The notes beneath the pieces were generated by a model. The model was not told the DNA's origin, did no database searches, and saw only the letters and a list, made by a program, of their open reading frames with translations. A stretch of 64,000 nt of DNA from Raillietiella orientalis. Lineage: Eukaryota. Where the stretch lies: positions 2,356,001 to 2,420,000 of the forward strand of contig JAYWIR010000005.1 in the NCBI GenBank assembly GCA_036172245.1. Reading direction: 5' to 3'. Shown here piece after piece: positions 35,993 to 49,119 of this stretch. Position 1 is the first letter of the stretch; every line of letters starts with the position of its first letter. The position numbers and the translations under genes are program-made.

Positions 35993-38113
35993 GCAATTCA
36001 CACCCGGGTGTGCCGGGGCATTTATTTCTTCGAAATAAAAATACATGAAATATCGCGTGGCGAACTCGAAGGTTCACCACTCCAAAACAGCTTGCTGGTT
36101 ACCAGCTCCATGCCGGAGAGGTCCTTCCGATGCGCGGGGATGGGGAATAAAGAAAAACAAAAAGAAACAAAAAGTTCAAATGTGGGGGGGAACAAATGTT
36201 GTAGGGGTGGGAGGGCCGGGAAGGGATCACGGTGCGCGTGGAAAGGTCCTCTAGATCCTATTCAGGATCCGCACAAGCTGAGTCCTTTCAGCGCCCAAGT
36301 GGCGCCACTTGCAGACACTGCGCGCGAAAAGGCGAGTCCAGTGTAAGGCGTTGCCGGTTGGCTGACGCCTTCTTCTGGTGGCGTTCCAAGCCGCCACTAT
36401 TCCTCTGATGCAGCAGAGGACTGCTACACTAGCGGGCGGGGACAAGGCGTCATTACAGAAGAGGCGGCTGGAAACGTCCTTTGGGCCGCATCCGCGCAAG
36501 TCCAGGATCGCCGCGAGACGATCCCACAAAGGACGGAGGGCGCTACACTCAAGGAGAAGGTGGGGGAATGTTTCGTTTTCCTCACACCGGTCACAATTGG
36601 GATCCACAGCCCCCCGGGTGGTGTGGTGCAGGCGTGCTTTGAATGGTAATCCCCAGAGTACCACAAGCAACGCCACATCCTGCCATTTCAGGGGGAGGGA
36701 TGCACTGTTCCAGGACGCTGGGGGCCACTTCATCTCCTCCGGAGATAGTCCGAGTAGCTCACCCCAGCGTCGAATTCCGTTGGGCGGGACACTCGGCGTC
36801 GCAGCGTCAGCTAGCTGCCGAGATGTCCACGCCTTTATCGATTGTGTCCTGCCGCCTATAGTGCAGGACACGGTCCATTTCCCCTGCTCGCTACTGTCCC
36901 TGGCATTCACAAGGAAGGGCAGCACTGGGGCGAGGGGGGTTATCAAGGCCCACAGAAGCTTGTCGTGGGACTGCACGATCTCCTGCAGCGTCCAGCGGGC
37001 GGGCGTTTTCAGGCAAGTGTTCCTTGTGCCCTTGTAAACATGGATCTTTTCTTAGGTGGAGACTGACTCGTGCAACCAGGCAGAGTAGTTCCCAAGGAAG
37101 CAGGAGATCCAGGCGTTCTCCCGAACCGCAACGGTCATGCGTCGCAGGTGAGAGCCTCAGTGTGCTCTTCTGCCGACGCGCGCAGACAGAAGCGAAAAAA
37201 GTCTGCCGGATACAGAGGCTCGTTTTGCCAATAGGCGTGCTGGGATGCACCAGAGCGTGTCCCACATTTCTGCCGCAAGGGCGAGAGTCCTGAATCTAAG
37301 TTGTAGTTCCATGCGCTCCAGCGTAAGTACGCCAAGTCCACCGTCCTCACGTGGAGTGCACAAGTATTTGAGCCTCACACGAGACCTCCCTTTGCCCCAA
37401 AGGACTGTCCTCAGGAGGCCCGCTGCTCGTTTTCTACTAAAATAAGGGGTGGGGCAAACTAAAAGTAGGGAGCGAAGGAGTGAGTCCTCAAACGCGTTCC
37501 ACACCGCGACCCGTTCCTGCAAGTAGAACTTGCCTTCTTGGAACGGACCGATCGCCAACTCCACCCTTTGGAAACGGTCGGACCAGGCTTCTGCAGCGCA
37601 GAAGTCCCCCAACGGAACGCCCAGGTACTTGAAGTACCCGTCCGTGGGGATCCCCAAGCGGATCCAGTCTCACCGTCCTGACCGCGACGAGTCCGGAGAA
37701 ATGATTGACGACTTCGCCCTGTTTACGTCGAAGCCCGTCCCACGGTTCAGCAACTCAAAGAAATCTTCGAGCGCCGATGCCGGGGTGGACCCGGGAATCA
37801 GAAGCAGAAGGTCGTCGGCATTGCCCGACACGGTAGGCGTGCCGGGACATGAGCTCGGCAGGGTTGCGAAATTCTCTCTGTTAGCTCTCACCACCAACTC
37901 AAAGTAGATGCTGAAGAGCAGGGGACTCAGGCTGTCACCCTGCCGGATGCTGCGACGAACTGGCACACCGTACACGTGCCGGCCGCTTAAATTGATGTTA
38001 ATTAGCGCGAAGCGCCAGCAAGAGCGCAGGTACGCCAGGAAGACGGCCTTAAATTCCAAGCGCTCCAGGAGCTCCAGGAGGAGCTCCTGGTCGACGGAAT
38101 CGAAAGCTTTACG
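35993..38113 (-). mobile_element. Subfamily C element, RT (from RKAFD) to 3' end
   Basis: RKAFDSVD, IRQGDSLSPLLF, NADD, KYLGV, CDRCEENETFPHLLLEC. Terminal motif ~35993-36026. Confidence 0.9.
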
Positions 38114-38258
38114 TCGGAACGGACGTGTTTCCTCAGTGCTCCTCGTGCCGGGAACCGTCCCTAGGTGTAGGCTTCGTGTGTGATGGTGGTCGATCAGGCA
38201 GCAATGCCTGACACGACCACCAGTGCGTGTAAGAGAGCGGTAGCAACGTCGCATAATA

Positions 38259-38421
38259 AAGAAATGGACTGCCAGGTGTCGGCGGCAACGTCGCCTCCAG
38301 AAAAGCTCGAGTGCCAGGGGGCGGCGGCAACGTCGCCACCCGAAAAGTTAGAGTGCCAGGGGGCGGCGGCAACGTCGCCACCCGAAAAGTTAGAGTGCCA
38401 GGGGGCGGCGGCAACGTCGCC
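38259..38421 (+). repeat. 42-bp tandem repeat x~4 in ORF1 N-terminus (ECQGAAATSPPEKL)
   Basis: Repeated gagtgccagggggcggcggcaacgtcgccacccgaaaagtta; translation in ORF 38180..38971. Confidence 0.9.
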
Positions 38422-41400
38422 TTTACTGGCGAAGGAGGTGAGGGCGTCCGCCCTCACAAAACCGGTCCCCGCTGCAGCGCGGGCGTGGAGCGCCGTCGTG
38501 TCGGCGCCATCGCCTGCAGCCGCGGCGGAATTATCTGCCTATGTGGAAGAAGTGTATAACTCATCACTATTCTACAAGGTAGGAAATTTGTATTCTGCTG
38601 AGAGTGCGCGCGCCTTTTCGAAGGGGATGCGCGCTCTCGATGTTAAAGAGGAGGAGCTCTGCACTATGACCATTCGTAGCGGGGGGCAGTACGAAGAGGT
38701 GATCTGCAAACACGCAGATCTGGCCCAACGTCTGCTCAAAACCCCCGTGGAGATAAGGACACGCAAACTCCTTCCCATTATGGCGGACCACAGTATGGTG
38801 GTCCACCTTTTAGGAGTTACCGCGCGGTTGCGGAAAGAGCAATTACATGGGAAAAGAAGAAAGAAAGGAAAGCGTTGGGAAAAGAAGGCACAGTCCATGC
38901 AGTATGGATTAAGCATAGTACTTTCAAGAACTATACCACAGTTCAGTGCGCTCTCACAAGTGCCCGTATAACCGTTCGGAAGAGCTCTACCCTTCCCTAC
39001 GTACTAATGGTCAGCGGAGAAAGCGTCGATATCTGGTAGGTGGGGAAGTCCAAATACTGTGGCTTCTGCAACACGTCGGGACACCTCAAAAGGAGGTGCC
39101 CCAACGTACAGTGCCTGGTATGCGGGACAATGGGCCACACGAAGGAAGTGTTTCCACAATCCGCTGTGCGCGTGGTTTCCGCGAGGAACCTAAAAAAACG
39201 CGCGCGGCTGCTACAGAAAACGCTGGCGTCGAAGGCTGCCGCTCAAGCTGTGCCACCCACGCCCGTGGTCCACGCCGCAGCCGACACTTGGCAGCGAATG
39301 CGGAAACGATCGACAAAAGCGGTGAGGGGCCGGAATGGCAAGAAGCAACAGCGAAAAAGTAAAAGTCGAAGAAAGAACGACGAATTGAAAAAAACCTCGC
39401 CCACCTAAATAAAAAACAGCAGGTTAGCAAGAATTTAAAAGAATACAGCGTCGTCGTGGAACGCGTTCCCACCGAACGCCGCAAGGTAGAAATAGCTGCT
39501 ACTGATGAGCAACCCACTTTTGAGAATGTCAACAGCGTGGGGAGCGAACCTGCGGAAGCGTCCGTCATCGAGTCCGTGATCGATGACGCCGCCTTCGAGC
39601 GTGCGGCGGAAGGGCTGGCTGCATCGTTGCAGCCAGACCCCTACAAGGCTGGCAAAAAGGCAGTCAGGCGTCCGGCCTCCATCGAGAAGTCGGTAACTTT
39701 CAACCCCGAAGCGCAGGCCGGAAACGAAATTTCCATCTCCGCGGCACGCCGCCGGAAGGCTGGAAGGAAGTCTAGCAAACCCCGGAAAGCCTTTCTCCAG
39801 GCCGAAGGCGTGGAGATGACTTCGGACTGCGAGGGTGCCATGAGCGTGAGAGAATACCGAGAATCGTCACCCGAGAGACCACCACGCACAGACACGGAGG
39901 AGATGGAAGGTGTTGAAGCCGGAAAGGTACCCAAGGTGCCTGAAGAGGCCGAAACCCTAATGGTCATCTCACCCTCCTAGGAAGAGGCGGGTTCTCCCAC
40001 ACCGTCATCTTGCCGACAATAATGCCGGGAAGCTCCTCTTGCCGTCGTCTGCGCATCGCCGTATGAAACGTAAACGGCATGACAGACGCCGGCAGGAGAC
40101 GAGACATGGCCGCCATTCTAGGATCGTTCGACCTCGCGCTGCTGCAGGAGATCCATGTGATCTCTGCCGAAGAAGCGCAGGAGATCAAACGCATCTCTGG
40201 AGAGCGGCTGTGGTATCGGTGTGGAAAATCGAGAAGTTGTAGTGTCGCCTACCTGCTTCGTCCCGCCGTCGAGGCCGCGGCCCGTGGCGTTCGGTTGGAC
40301 GATCACGGTCGTGTCGGCCTGCTGACTCTCAGCTGGTCCGACTAGATCGACCTGATCGTCACGAACGTTTAGCCCCGAGCGGAGCGGACCTGACGAAGAG
40401 GAGGGTCAGGAAAGAATTTTTCCTCGCCCTGCGTCGCGACTGGTTGACCGAGGCAGGCGTACGGAATGCATATCTGGTTTCAGGCGATCTTAACGTTCTC
40501 CTGAAACCGGATGGGCCGAATCACGAGCGGGACCTGGTCAACAAGGTGTGCACGGCGGTGCACACTTGTAATTTGTTGGCCAGTGTACCAGGGATGGAGG
40601 ACAACATCGATCACGTGTTCCTTGACGAGCACCTGTGCACTCGTGTGGGCAAGCCCTTCAAGTTACCGTGCGAGTTGTCGCACCATCGATCAATCGTGGT
40701 TGAAATCCATCCGCGCGACAGGGGCCCCCGCTCGTCAGCGTGGCGTTTGCCAGGGGACTGGATGAAGCCTTCGGACGCGACGGAACATCTTCGCACGTTT
40801 ATACGGAGCTTCCGAATGCAGACACCACAGGATTGGGACCGCTTCAAGCGGTCGGTGCAGGAGTTTTGAGACCAGTTCCCTCTGCACCGCCTACCTACAA
40901 GTTTTGGGACCAGGTATTCTAACGAACGAGCCTATCTCCAGTCTCGCCGTTACGCCAGGACCCCCGACATCCGTAGGTTGGCGGAATACAAAGCGGGAGC
41001 AGAGCGGCAAGCATGGCAGTCAGGATCGGCCAGCTTAATGGACGATCAAGGCCAGGAGCATTCGGCACCCGCTAAGATCCGAGGTCTGCTGCTGCGCTTT
41101 TACTCCTCCCTGTACGCAACAGCGCCTCCCGAGCGGGATTTCTCTCGAATCCTGATTCCGGAAGGCGCTTCCTCGATCGGGGAGGAGGAGAAAAAGTCCC
41201 TCGACGAGCCTTTCACGATGGGCGAGATTATCACGGCCATCGGAAAGCTCTAGAGGTGCAAGGCTCCAGGGAAGGACGGCCTGCCCGCGGAGTTTTACCA
41301 AAACTTTTGCGGCTGAGCTTAACCCCTGGTAAGTCATTCCACCTTGCTGATACCCGACACAGGTGACGTTCCCGCCTCGTTTCGTTCGGCAAAGGTGCGG

Positions 41401-41688
41401 CTCCTACCTATGGGAGGAGATCTCAGGAGCATGAACTTTTGGCGTCCCATCACAACAGTGAATGCGGATGCCAAGGTGATAGTTGCCACCCGGTCACGCC
41501 GGGGCGTTTATTCAAAATTCTCTTGGGTTCGTGGTACGAGGCCCCACTACGGCCAACTCAACTGGACCTGCCGGGTCGCCGGTACGCAGACCGGCGCGAC
41601 TCTCCTCGGCAGCGGAAGGGGGTGGGGGAAAAAACAAAAAGAAAAATAAAACATAAAAACAAAAAGATTTGGGAGGGTTGGGGAGGGA

Positions 41689-44600
41689 TCACTGACCACT
41701 GGGAGTAGGGTCCATCCTTCGCAGGATGCCCTCGAGGTCCGTCCGTATAATTCCCAGGTGGGGCCATCTGGTCACAATCCGCAGGTAGCGGACTGCAAGT
41801 ACGACGGCATCCCTGTCGTGATTCGGTCTTCCGACGTTGCTCCAGCACGTCACAATCCCGCGTACGCAGCAAAGTGCAGCCAGGGCAGCGGCTGGACGCA
41901 CGGCATCATGCACGAACAAAAGCCGAAAAACGTCTCTGGGCTAGCTGCCGTCCTGGATCCGTAGGGAGGCACGAAGACGTTCCCACAGGGGTCGGAGGGC
42001 AGCACAATCAACAAGGAGGTGGGGGAGGGTTTCCCGTTCCCCACACCTGATGCAGGTAGGATCTACTCGACCCCTGGTCCAGTGGTGGCGGCGTGCGTTG
42101 CAGGGTAGACCCCAATGCAACAACAGAAGCGCCGACTCCTGCCACTTCAGGGGGAGGATCCTAGATCCAATTAATACCGGGAGCCACTTCAGGTCATCCG
42201 GCTGGATGCCGAGTAGCTCGCCCCATCTCTGCAGCCCTCTCGGCTGGACACTAGGGGTACTGGCGTCCGCCAGTTCACCCGTGGACCAGCCGCTGATCAA
42301 CTTCTCCTTGTCTGCGATGCGGCAGGAGACTTGCCACCTAGACTTGCGGCTGCTGGAGAGCGCCCTCCTCAGGAAGGGCAACGCCGTAGCTAGGGGGGAT
42401 GTCTCTGCCCACGTGCTTCTCGCGGGACACTGAAGTATCTTCCGCAGAGTGCAGCGGGAATAGGCGCCGCGTCGCAGGCAGTTCCACATCTCTTCATTTT
42501 TTTCAATTATCTTCGCCCACGTGCCAGCTGTCTCCTCCAGCCATGCGGAGGAGTTGGCGGGGCTGCATACCATCCAGCCGTTTTCCTTAGCCAGAGTTGC
42601 CATGCGTCCCAGGAGAAGTCCGCATCTCTTGATCTTCCTGCCACGGCACAGAAGATAGGACGAGAGACCCTCCGTTCCGGATACACGGCTGGCAAGGAGT
42701 CGGGCCGGAACGCACCAAGAAGTGCTCCATAGCTTCGCTGCGATGGCGAGGGTTCGCCACCGCAGCTGAATCTCTAATCGCTCCATCGTCAAGAGGCCGA
42801 GACCGACATCCCGACGTGGAGCACACAAGTCCTTCAACGGGACTCGCGGCCTCCCTCTTCCCCAAAGGGAAATTCTCAGGAGGTCCTTTGTCCGTTTTTT
42901 CAACTCTCTGGGGACGGGGCAAACAAAAAGCAGGGGGCGGAGGATAGGAGCCGCGAACGCGTTCCATACAGCGGCCCGTTCCGGAAGGAGAAATTTGTCT
43001 TCCAAGAACGGGCCGATCGCCGTTTCCACTTTTTGGAGGCAGCCAGACCACGCTTCCGCAGGGGAGTAGTCCCCCAACGGCACACCAAGGTACTTCAAGC
43101 ACCTCGCCGTGGGGATCCCCAAGCGGTCCCAGTCCTGCTGCCCAGCCCACGCCGCACCGACTGGAACCACCGTCGACTTCGCCCTGTTCACCGTCAGTCC
43201 GGTCCCGCGGCTAAGAAGATCGAAGAAATTCCCGATCGCCTTCTCCGGGGTGGACATCGGCAACAGAAGCAAAAGATCGTCGGCGTACGCTGCTACGGCG
43301 GGCGTGCCGGGGCACAAGCTCGGCAAGGGGGCCAAAGTCACCCTGTACGCTCTCAGCACCAACTCAAAGTAGGTGCTAAAGATCAGGGGACTGAGGCTGT
43401 CGCCCTGCCTATGCCCCGCCGTACCGGCACGCCGTACGCCATTTGACCTCTGAAAGAGATATTCATCAGCGCGCCGCGCCAGCAAGAGCGCAGGTAGGTC
43501 AGTAGGAAGGGAGGGAAGCCCATGCGTCCCAGGAGCTCCAGCAGGAGATCCTGCTCCACGCAGTCAAACGATTTATGCAGATCGACTGCGATCGCTAGGG
43601 CTCCCTTCCCCACCTGGGAGTCCTGTCCCTGCCCGGCTGACGCCCCCAAAGCGGGGCTGCCAATCCTTCTCTCTTCCTTTTCTTTACTACTCTGCACATG
43701 GAACCATGTGCTCGCGAAGAAGAGGTTGGCCTCCATACTTCGCCCGGGAACAGGGTAAGTCTGCTCCGGGCTAATTATGGAATTGGCCACCTGCCCCAGA
43801 GGCGAAGCGCACAGTCCGGCGATCAGCTTGGCGTCCGTGTTCCAAATTGTGATCGGATGCCAGTTGCTGAGTTTCCTGAGGTCTCCTCCTTTCGGAAGGA
43901 GCCTCACTCTGGCTGACCGAAACGAGGCGGGTACATCGCCTTCATCTCGGATCAGCCTTGTCAACTCAAGCACCAGGGGTGCCAACTCTGCCGCGAAGCA
44001 TTGAAAAAACTCCGCAGGCAGGCCGTCCTCCACTGGTGCTTTCCGCCTCTTGAGCCTTTTGATACCGGCGAGAATTTCGCCGGTGGTTAAAGGCTCGTCG
44101 AGGCTTTCCTTCTCCTCCTCCCCTATTGCCGGGGCACCGTTCGGAAGCAAGCGCCGAGAGGCATCTTGGTCCGGGGGCGCCCTGGCGTAAAGGGAGGAAT
44201 AAAAAGGCCGCACGAGGTGCCGTATTCTAGCCGGAGCCGAGTGCTCCCGGCCCTGGTCGTCCAGCAAGCTGGCCGATCCGGATTGCCAGGCTTGACGTTC
44301 GGCCCCGGCTCGGTACTCTGCCAGGCGACGGACATTGGGGGTCCTCGCGTAACGACGGGCATACAAGTACGCTCGTTCGTTACGGATGCCCTCCCCAAAT
44401 CCCCGGAACAGGAGGTGCAAGGGGAACTCCTCGCAAAACTCGCGGACCGAGGCCTTAAAAAGGTCCCAATCATTAAGATTGCGGAGGGTGACGCCTCTCA
44501 GGAATTCCCGAAGGTGTTCCTTCGCACCTGAGAGTCGCGTCCAGTCCCCAGGCAGACGCCACGCCCTGGATGTGGGGCCCTTGTCGCGCGGGCACACCTC

Positions 44601-45275
44601 GAATATCAACCGGAAATGGTCAGACAGCTCCGACGCAACTTTCCCCCGTTTGCCGACCCGTAAACACAGGTCGACATCCAGGAAGACGTGGTCGATGCTG
44701 CTGACCATTTCCGAAAGATCCCCTAACAAGTTGCGCGTGCGCATGGCGGCGCACAACTCGTTAGCCGTCCGTTCCTGTGCGTGTGGCTCACCTGTTAGCA
44801 GGCGGAGATTAAAGTCTCCCGCTATCAGGTGAGCCACGCACACGTTTGCTTCCGCCAGCCAGTCGTGCTCCAGGGTTTCCAGGAACTCCTTACGTTCCTG
44901 GTACCTGGTAGGACCGCTCGGAGCGTACACATTTGTTACGACGAGGTCGATCGTGTCGGACCACCTGAGAATCAGCTGGCCGACACGACCGGCTTCGTCG
45001 AAGCGCACGCCCTTCACGGCTGCGTCGACTGCCGGCTACATAAAAAACGCAACGCCGCAGGTGTATCGGGTGCCGCATTGCCACATCAACCGTCCCCCTG
45101 CGATCCTTTCGATCTCCTGGGCGTTCTCCGCGGTGATCACGTGGATCTCCTGCAGGAGTGCCAGGTCGAAGTCACGCAGGGTGGCGGCCGTGTCCCGTCT
45201 GTTGCCGTCGTCTCGCAGCCCATTGACGTTCCAGCAGGCCACGCGTAATCGACGGCGACAGGCGAGCCCAGATGT
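41689..45275 (-). pseudogene. ORF2 APE-RT-CCHC, frameshifted
   Basis: ORFs 45036..45242, 43383..45017, 41941..43485 and 41689..41919 are consecutive pieces with all motifs, including AYADD. Confidence 0.92.
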
Positions 45276-47371
45276 TACTCCTGGGAAAGTGGCAATGGGG
45301 CTCCCGCCACCTGGTCGGGCGGGACGGATGGAGGAACGGGATCACCGCGCACCGGTTCTCCCTCCTCCATGGGGGCCGATTCCTCGGCGGACAGCAATGG
45401 TTGAAGGGGGCGGGTTTCACGCACCTGCTCCCCCTCTTCCATGGGGGCCGATTCGTCGGCTGCGTTGGACGGCAGGGGGGAGCGGTTGTCAGCTGTCTGC
45501 TCCCCCTCCTCCATGGCTATCTCCTGGACAGGTTCCACCGTTGTGAGGGGGCGACAATCACTCACCTTATCCCCCTCCTCCATGGGGGTCTCCAGTTGCT
45601 CGGTAGCGGAGGGTGGGAAAATCCCTCCCTCCGTTCCCACGCTGCCGGCTTCCCCCTCGGATGCCGGTGCGTCCCCCTCCTTCTTTGTCGGGATGCGCCT
45701 TTTGGGATTCTTGGACTTCCGTCCAGTCTTCTTCGGAGGCGCCTCCGCGGAGGAGGACGCACTTCCGGCATCCGATTCGTGGTCACCTGTCCGAGGTGCC
45801 TTACTCGCGGCCGGCCTTTGCAAGGCCTTTCGCGCGCCGTTCTCACGCTCCGCGAGTTCGGCCGCGAGCTCTTCCGCCGCCTGCTGGAAGGCGGCGTCCT
45901 CGATTGCGGCGAGCGCGTCGCTCGGCTCCCCCTCTGTTTGCACAGAGGGTTCGCCTTTTTCGATCGCGGCTTCGGCGTCAACGAGGCGGGAGATATCTCC
46001 CCCGGTGGAGGTCTCGGGGATCTCCACTCGCTCCAAAGCGACCGAACATTCGCGGAGCAACGCGCGGCGTTGTCTCCTATTTAAAGAAGATGTCGCGGGT
46101 TCCGCTGTCGGTTCTTCGGTTTTCTTTAATTTTTTACTTTTAGGCTTCGCCTTATGCCAGTCCTCGCTCTCTCCAGCGTCGTCGGGAGTACCCTCGACCG
46201 ACGCTTGCTGCACGGGTTCGGGCTCTGGCTGTGGGTTCCGCCTCTCGGGTGCCTCCTTAGGCTTGTCCGATCGCCCTGCGCGTTTCCCTTTGGCTTTTTT
46301 CAAAGCAGGGGGAGCCGGGGTTTCGCGTTTAGGACACACCTTCCGCAGGTGGCCCTTTTCGCCGCAGTGGAAGCACTGGATGTGGGGGCACCGTTTTTTC
46401 AGGTGCCCTGTTGCATCACAGTGCCCACAGTACTTGGGCTTGCCCACGTACCAGACGTCGACGACCTCGTTGCCGACGTCGAGTTTGTGGGGCAGCCCAC
46501 CGTTTTCGTGGACCGTCACACGCGCTGCAGCCATGCCACTGAACAGTCTTCCGTATGTTTGGAAGACGTTGGGCTTGTTCCAGAGCGCGTGCACCGTACC
46601 ATGTTTTTGTAACTCTTCCTGCACGCCAGCTTTGGTCATGCAAAGAGTTACACCCGTAAGGTGGGCAACAATGGAGCGGTCCTCCGTTACAGGGAAGACC
46701 TTTCGGCCTTCCAGAGTGATGGGAGTGTTCAGCAGGCGTTGAGCCAGACTTGCATTTTTGCACGTCAGCTCCACCCGCTGGCCCCCACTCATCACGGAGA
46801 GACCTTCCAGGTCTTCCTCTTTAACATCCAACCGCTGTAACTCCCTTTCAAAGTTACGAGCGGTGTTCCCTATAAACAGGTTTCCTACCTTGTAAATCAA
46901 GGACGGCTTGTATCCTTGTTCCAGGTAGGCCCGTTGTTCTGCTAAGGCAGCAGGAGATGGCGCTGCAGCCACGGAGCTCCAGGTCTTCGTGCATGGAGCA
47001 GGTGGATCCAAGGACGCGGTTGCCCTCTTTTTCAAGGAGGCGTTTGCGCCCTTTTCCAAGGCGGCGGTTGTCCCCTTTTTCAAGGGGGCGGTTGCGACCT
47101 TTTCCAAGGCGGCGGTTGTCCCCTTTTTCAAGGGGGCGGTTGCGGCCTTTTGCACGAGGACGGTTGCTCCCTTTTTCAAGGTGGCAGTAGCCCTCGTTTC
47201 CGGAGAGGCAATTGCCCCCTTTTTCAAGGGAGCGGTTGCTCTCTCCTCCGTGAGAGCAATTGCCCCCACCTCAATAGGTTGGGGAGAGGAGCAATCCTCT
47301 TCCCCGCCTCCTTCCATCGCGGTGTCCTCAGGCATTTCTGCCATTGGACACCGCAGATGCTCCACACACAA
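45275..47371 (-). CDS. ORF1 gag-like nucleic-acid-binding protein (two CCHC knuckles, long low-complexity tail); real start probably the ATG near 47344
   Basis: 698-aa open frame; CGHCDATGHLKKRC, CFHCGEKGHLRKVC. Confidence 0.9.
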   Translation of the reverse strand: MCVEHLRCPMAEMPEDTAMEGGGEEDCSSPQPIEVGAIALTEERATAPLKKGAIASPETRATATLKKGATVLVQKAATAPLKKGTTAALEKVATAPLKKGTTAALEKGANASLKKRATASLDPPAPCTKTWSSVAAAPSPAALAEQRAYLEQGYKPSLIYKVGNLFIGNTARNFERELQRLDVKEEDLEGLSVMSGGQRVELTCKNASLAQRLLNTPITLEGRKVFPVTEDRSIVAHLTGVTLCMTKAGVQEELQKHGTVHALWNKPNVFQTYGRLFSGMAAARVTVHENGGLPHKLDVGNEVVDVWYVGKPKYCGHCDATGHLKKRCPHIQCFHCGEKGHLRKVCPKRETPAPPALKKAKGKRAGRSDKPKEAPERRNPQPEPEPVQQASVEGTPDDAGESEDWHKAKPKSKKLKKTEEPTAEPATSSLNRRQRRALLRECSVALERVEIPETSTGGDISRLVDAEAAIEKGEPSVQTEGEPSDALAAIEDAAFQQAAEELAAELAERENGARKALQRPAASKAPRTGDHESDAGSASSSAEAPPKKTGRKSKNPKRRIPTKKEGDAPASEGEAGSVGTEGGIFPPSATEQLETPMEEGDKVSDCRPLTTVEPVQEIAMEEGEQTADNRSPLPSNAADESAPMEEGEQVRETRPLQPLLSAEESAPMEEGEPVRGDPVPPSVPPDQVAGAPLPLSQE
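47010..47245 (-). repeat. ~24-bp/48-bp degenerate tandem repeat in ORF1 (ATAPLKKG / TTAALEKG)
   Basis: Repeated ccctttttcaagg...gcggttg units; visible in the ORF1 translation. Confidence 0.85.
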
Positions 47372-47689
47372 ACACTACCGAAAAAGAACGCTTTACAACA
47401 GGCGCAGAGAAGCGCGGAAAAAACACGTCCGCACGCCAAGTTGATAGCTAAGGTTTCGGCTGAGAGTTTGGGACGGGTTGCAAACGCCTCCATCAGCCCG
47501 GAACAGACGTATGCTGTTCCGGGGCGAAGCATGGAGGCGAACCTGTTCCACGCTTTCACCTGGCTAGAGCTCCAACACGAAAGGGGCTTGATGCGCACCG
47601 GGAATTCCGGTGAGTTTGTTAGCCATGCGACGGATGGTCGGATGGGGGAGGGAGCACTTGCGATCGCTGTGGACTTGCGTAAAGCATTC

Positions 47690-49119
47690 GATTTTTGCCC
47701 TGATTTCCCTGGGCGTTTATTGTTTAATAAACAATCACGAAGACGTGCATTGGCTGGACCTTTGCTCCAGCCACGCACGAAGAAACACAGAGCCTGCCGG
47801 GTCACCGGTTCGCAGACCGGTACGGTCCACCACGGCAGCAGGGAGAAGGGGGAAAAACAAAAAACAAAACAAAAAAGAAAAGAAAAGTTGGGAGGGTACT
47901 CGAAGGGATCACAGTTGCTGGTGGGGCCGTTGCATCCTTTGCAGGATGCCGGCAAGCTCTTGCTGCATGCCTGGATCCAGGTGAGGCCATCTGGACGCCC
48001 TCCTCAGGAAATGGGAGGCTAGCCGGATAGCACTCTGGTCTTGTTGTCCTCCCGTAGCCTTGCTCTAGGCGGTGACCATCCCGCAAAGGCAGCACAGGGC
48101 TGCTAACGAGGCCCCTGGCCGAAGGGCGTCGGCAACGAAGAGGGCTTTCAGAACGTCCCAGGGGTTGTTGCACGGGATTTCGATGGCCGCGGCAAAGCGA
48201 AACCAAAGGAGCCGAAGGGCAACACAATCCACTAGCAGGTGGGGGAGGGACTCCCGTTTTCCACACCTGACGCAATTGGGGTCCACCTCTCTCCAGGTCT
48301 TGTTGTGTCGACGGACGTTGCAGGGGAGTCCCCAGTGCTACAACAGGAGATCCGACTCCTGCCATTTCAAGGAAAGGGTGGAGGTGTTCATTAGTACCGG
48401 GGGCCACTTCGAACTTTCAATGGGAACGTTGAGCAGCGCGCCCCAGCGAAGTAGTCCATGGGGAGGCGAACTCGGGGTGGCAGCGTCTGTTAACTGGCCC
48501 GTCTTCCACTCTCCTATCTTCTTCTCCTTCCCGGAAATTGTTACTGTAACCTCGCACTTCGCCGCAACATCGCTGTGCAGATCTTAAATCAGGGAGGGCA
48601 GCGCAGCAGCGAGGGGGGTTCTTCCTGCCTACGCTCTCTTCTTTGGATCCTCCAGGATCTCGCGGAGCGTGCAGCTCCTGTAACCCTTAAACAGGAACCT
48701 TCGTTTTTATTGTGAGCGTTGCATGCCGAACTGTCCCCACGTTCGAACGGTTTCCTGCAACCAGGCACTACCGTTCAAAGGGCGACAGGTGACCAATCCT
48801 GGGTTTTTCCGGTACAGCGCAGCCACCATCCGTAGCTGGAGTCTGCATCGGTTGACGCGGCGACAAAGTGCAAGAAACGACGTCAGTCCCGTTTTGCCGG
48901 TGGCTTGCTGGAGAAGAAGACGTGCAGGGCTTCCCCAACAGTTCTCCACAACTCTGGAACAAGTGCCGATATTCGGAACTGGAGCTGAAGCTCCAGCCGC
49001 TCCACCGTCAGGAGGCCCCGACCACCGTCCCGACGACGAGCGCACAAGTTTTTCAAGCGGACTCGGGCCCTCCCGTTGCCTTAAAGTGCAATACGGAGGA
49101 GGTCCTTTCTCCGCTTTTT
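47690..49119 (-). mobile_element. Subfamily A element, 3' 1.4 kb
   Basis: Inverted close homologue of 4703-6135, including 3' UTR and terminal motif ending AAAATC. Confidence 0.92.

Larger units (their letters stand above)
41482..47434 (-). mobile_element. Full-length (5953 bp) subfamily B element with 12-bp TSD
   Basis: Flanks gccaaggtgata (41470-41481) and gccaagttgata (47435-47446). Both terminal motifs present; ORF1 intact; ORF2 broken by about three frameshifts. Confidence 0.96.
38114..47689 (+). mobile_element. Subfamily A element (5' end to DLRKAF), split by the 41482-47434 insertion; own sequence is 38114-41481 and 47435-47689
   Basis: 5' motif CGGACGTGTTTCC, ORF1 pieces 38205-39980, APE 40022-40870. 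RT NADAKVI| resumes as AKLIAK at 47435. Confidence 0.92.

Noticed and set aside
38259..38421. CRISPR-like array (also 47010-47245)
   Set aside because: Contiguous in-frame coding repeats with no unique spacers and no cas genes.
41482..47434. LTR or DIRS retrotransposon because of the gag-like knuckles
   Set aside because: No terminal repeats, protease, integrase, RNase H or tyrosine recombinase seen; the 5' and 3' ends are unrelated.
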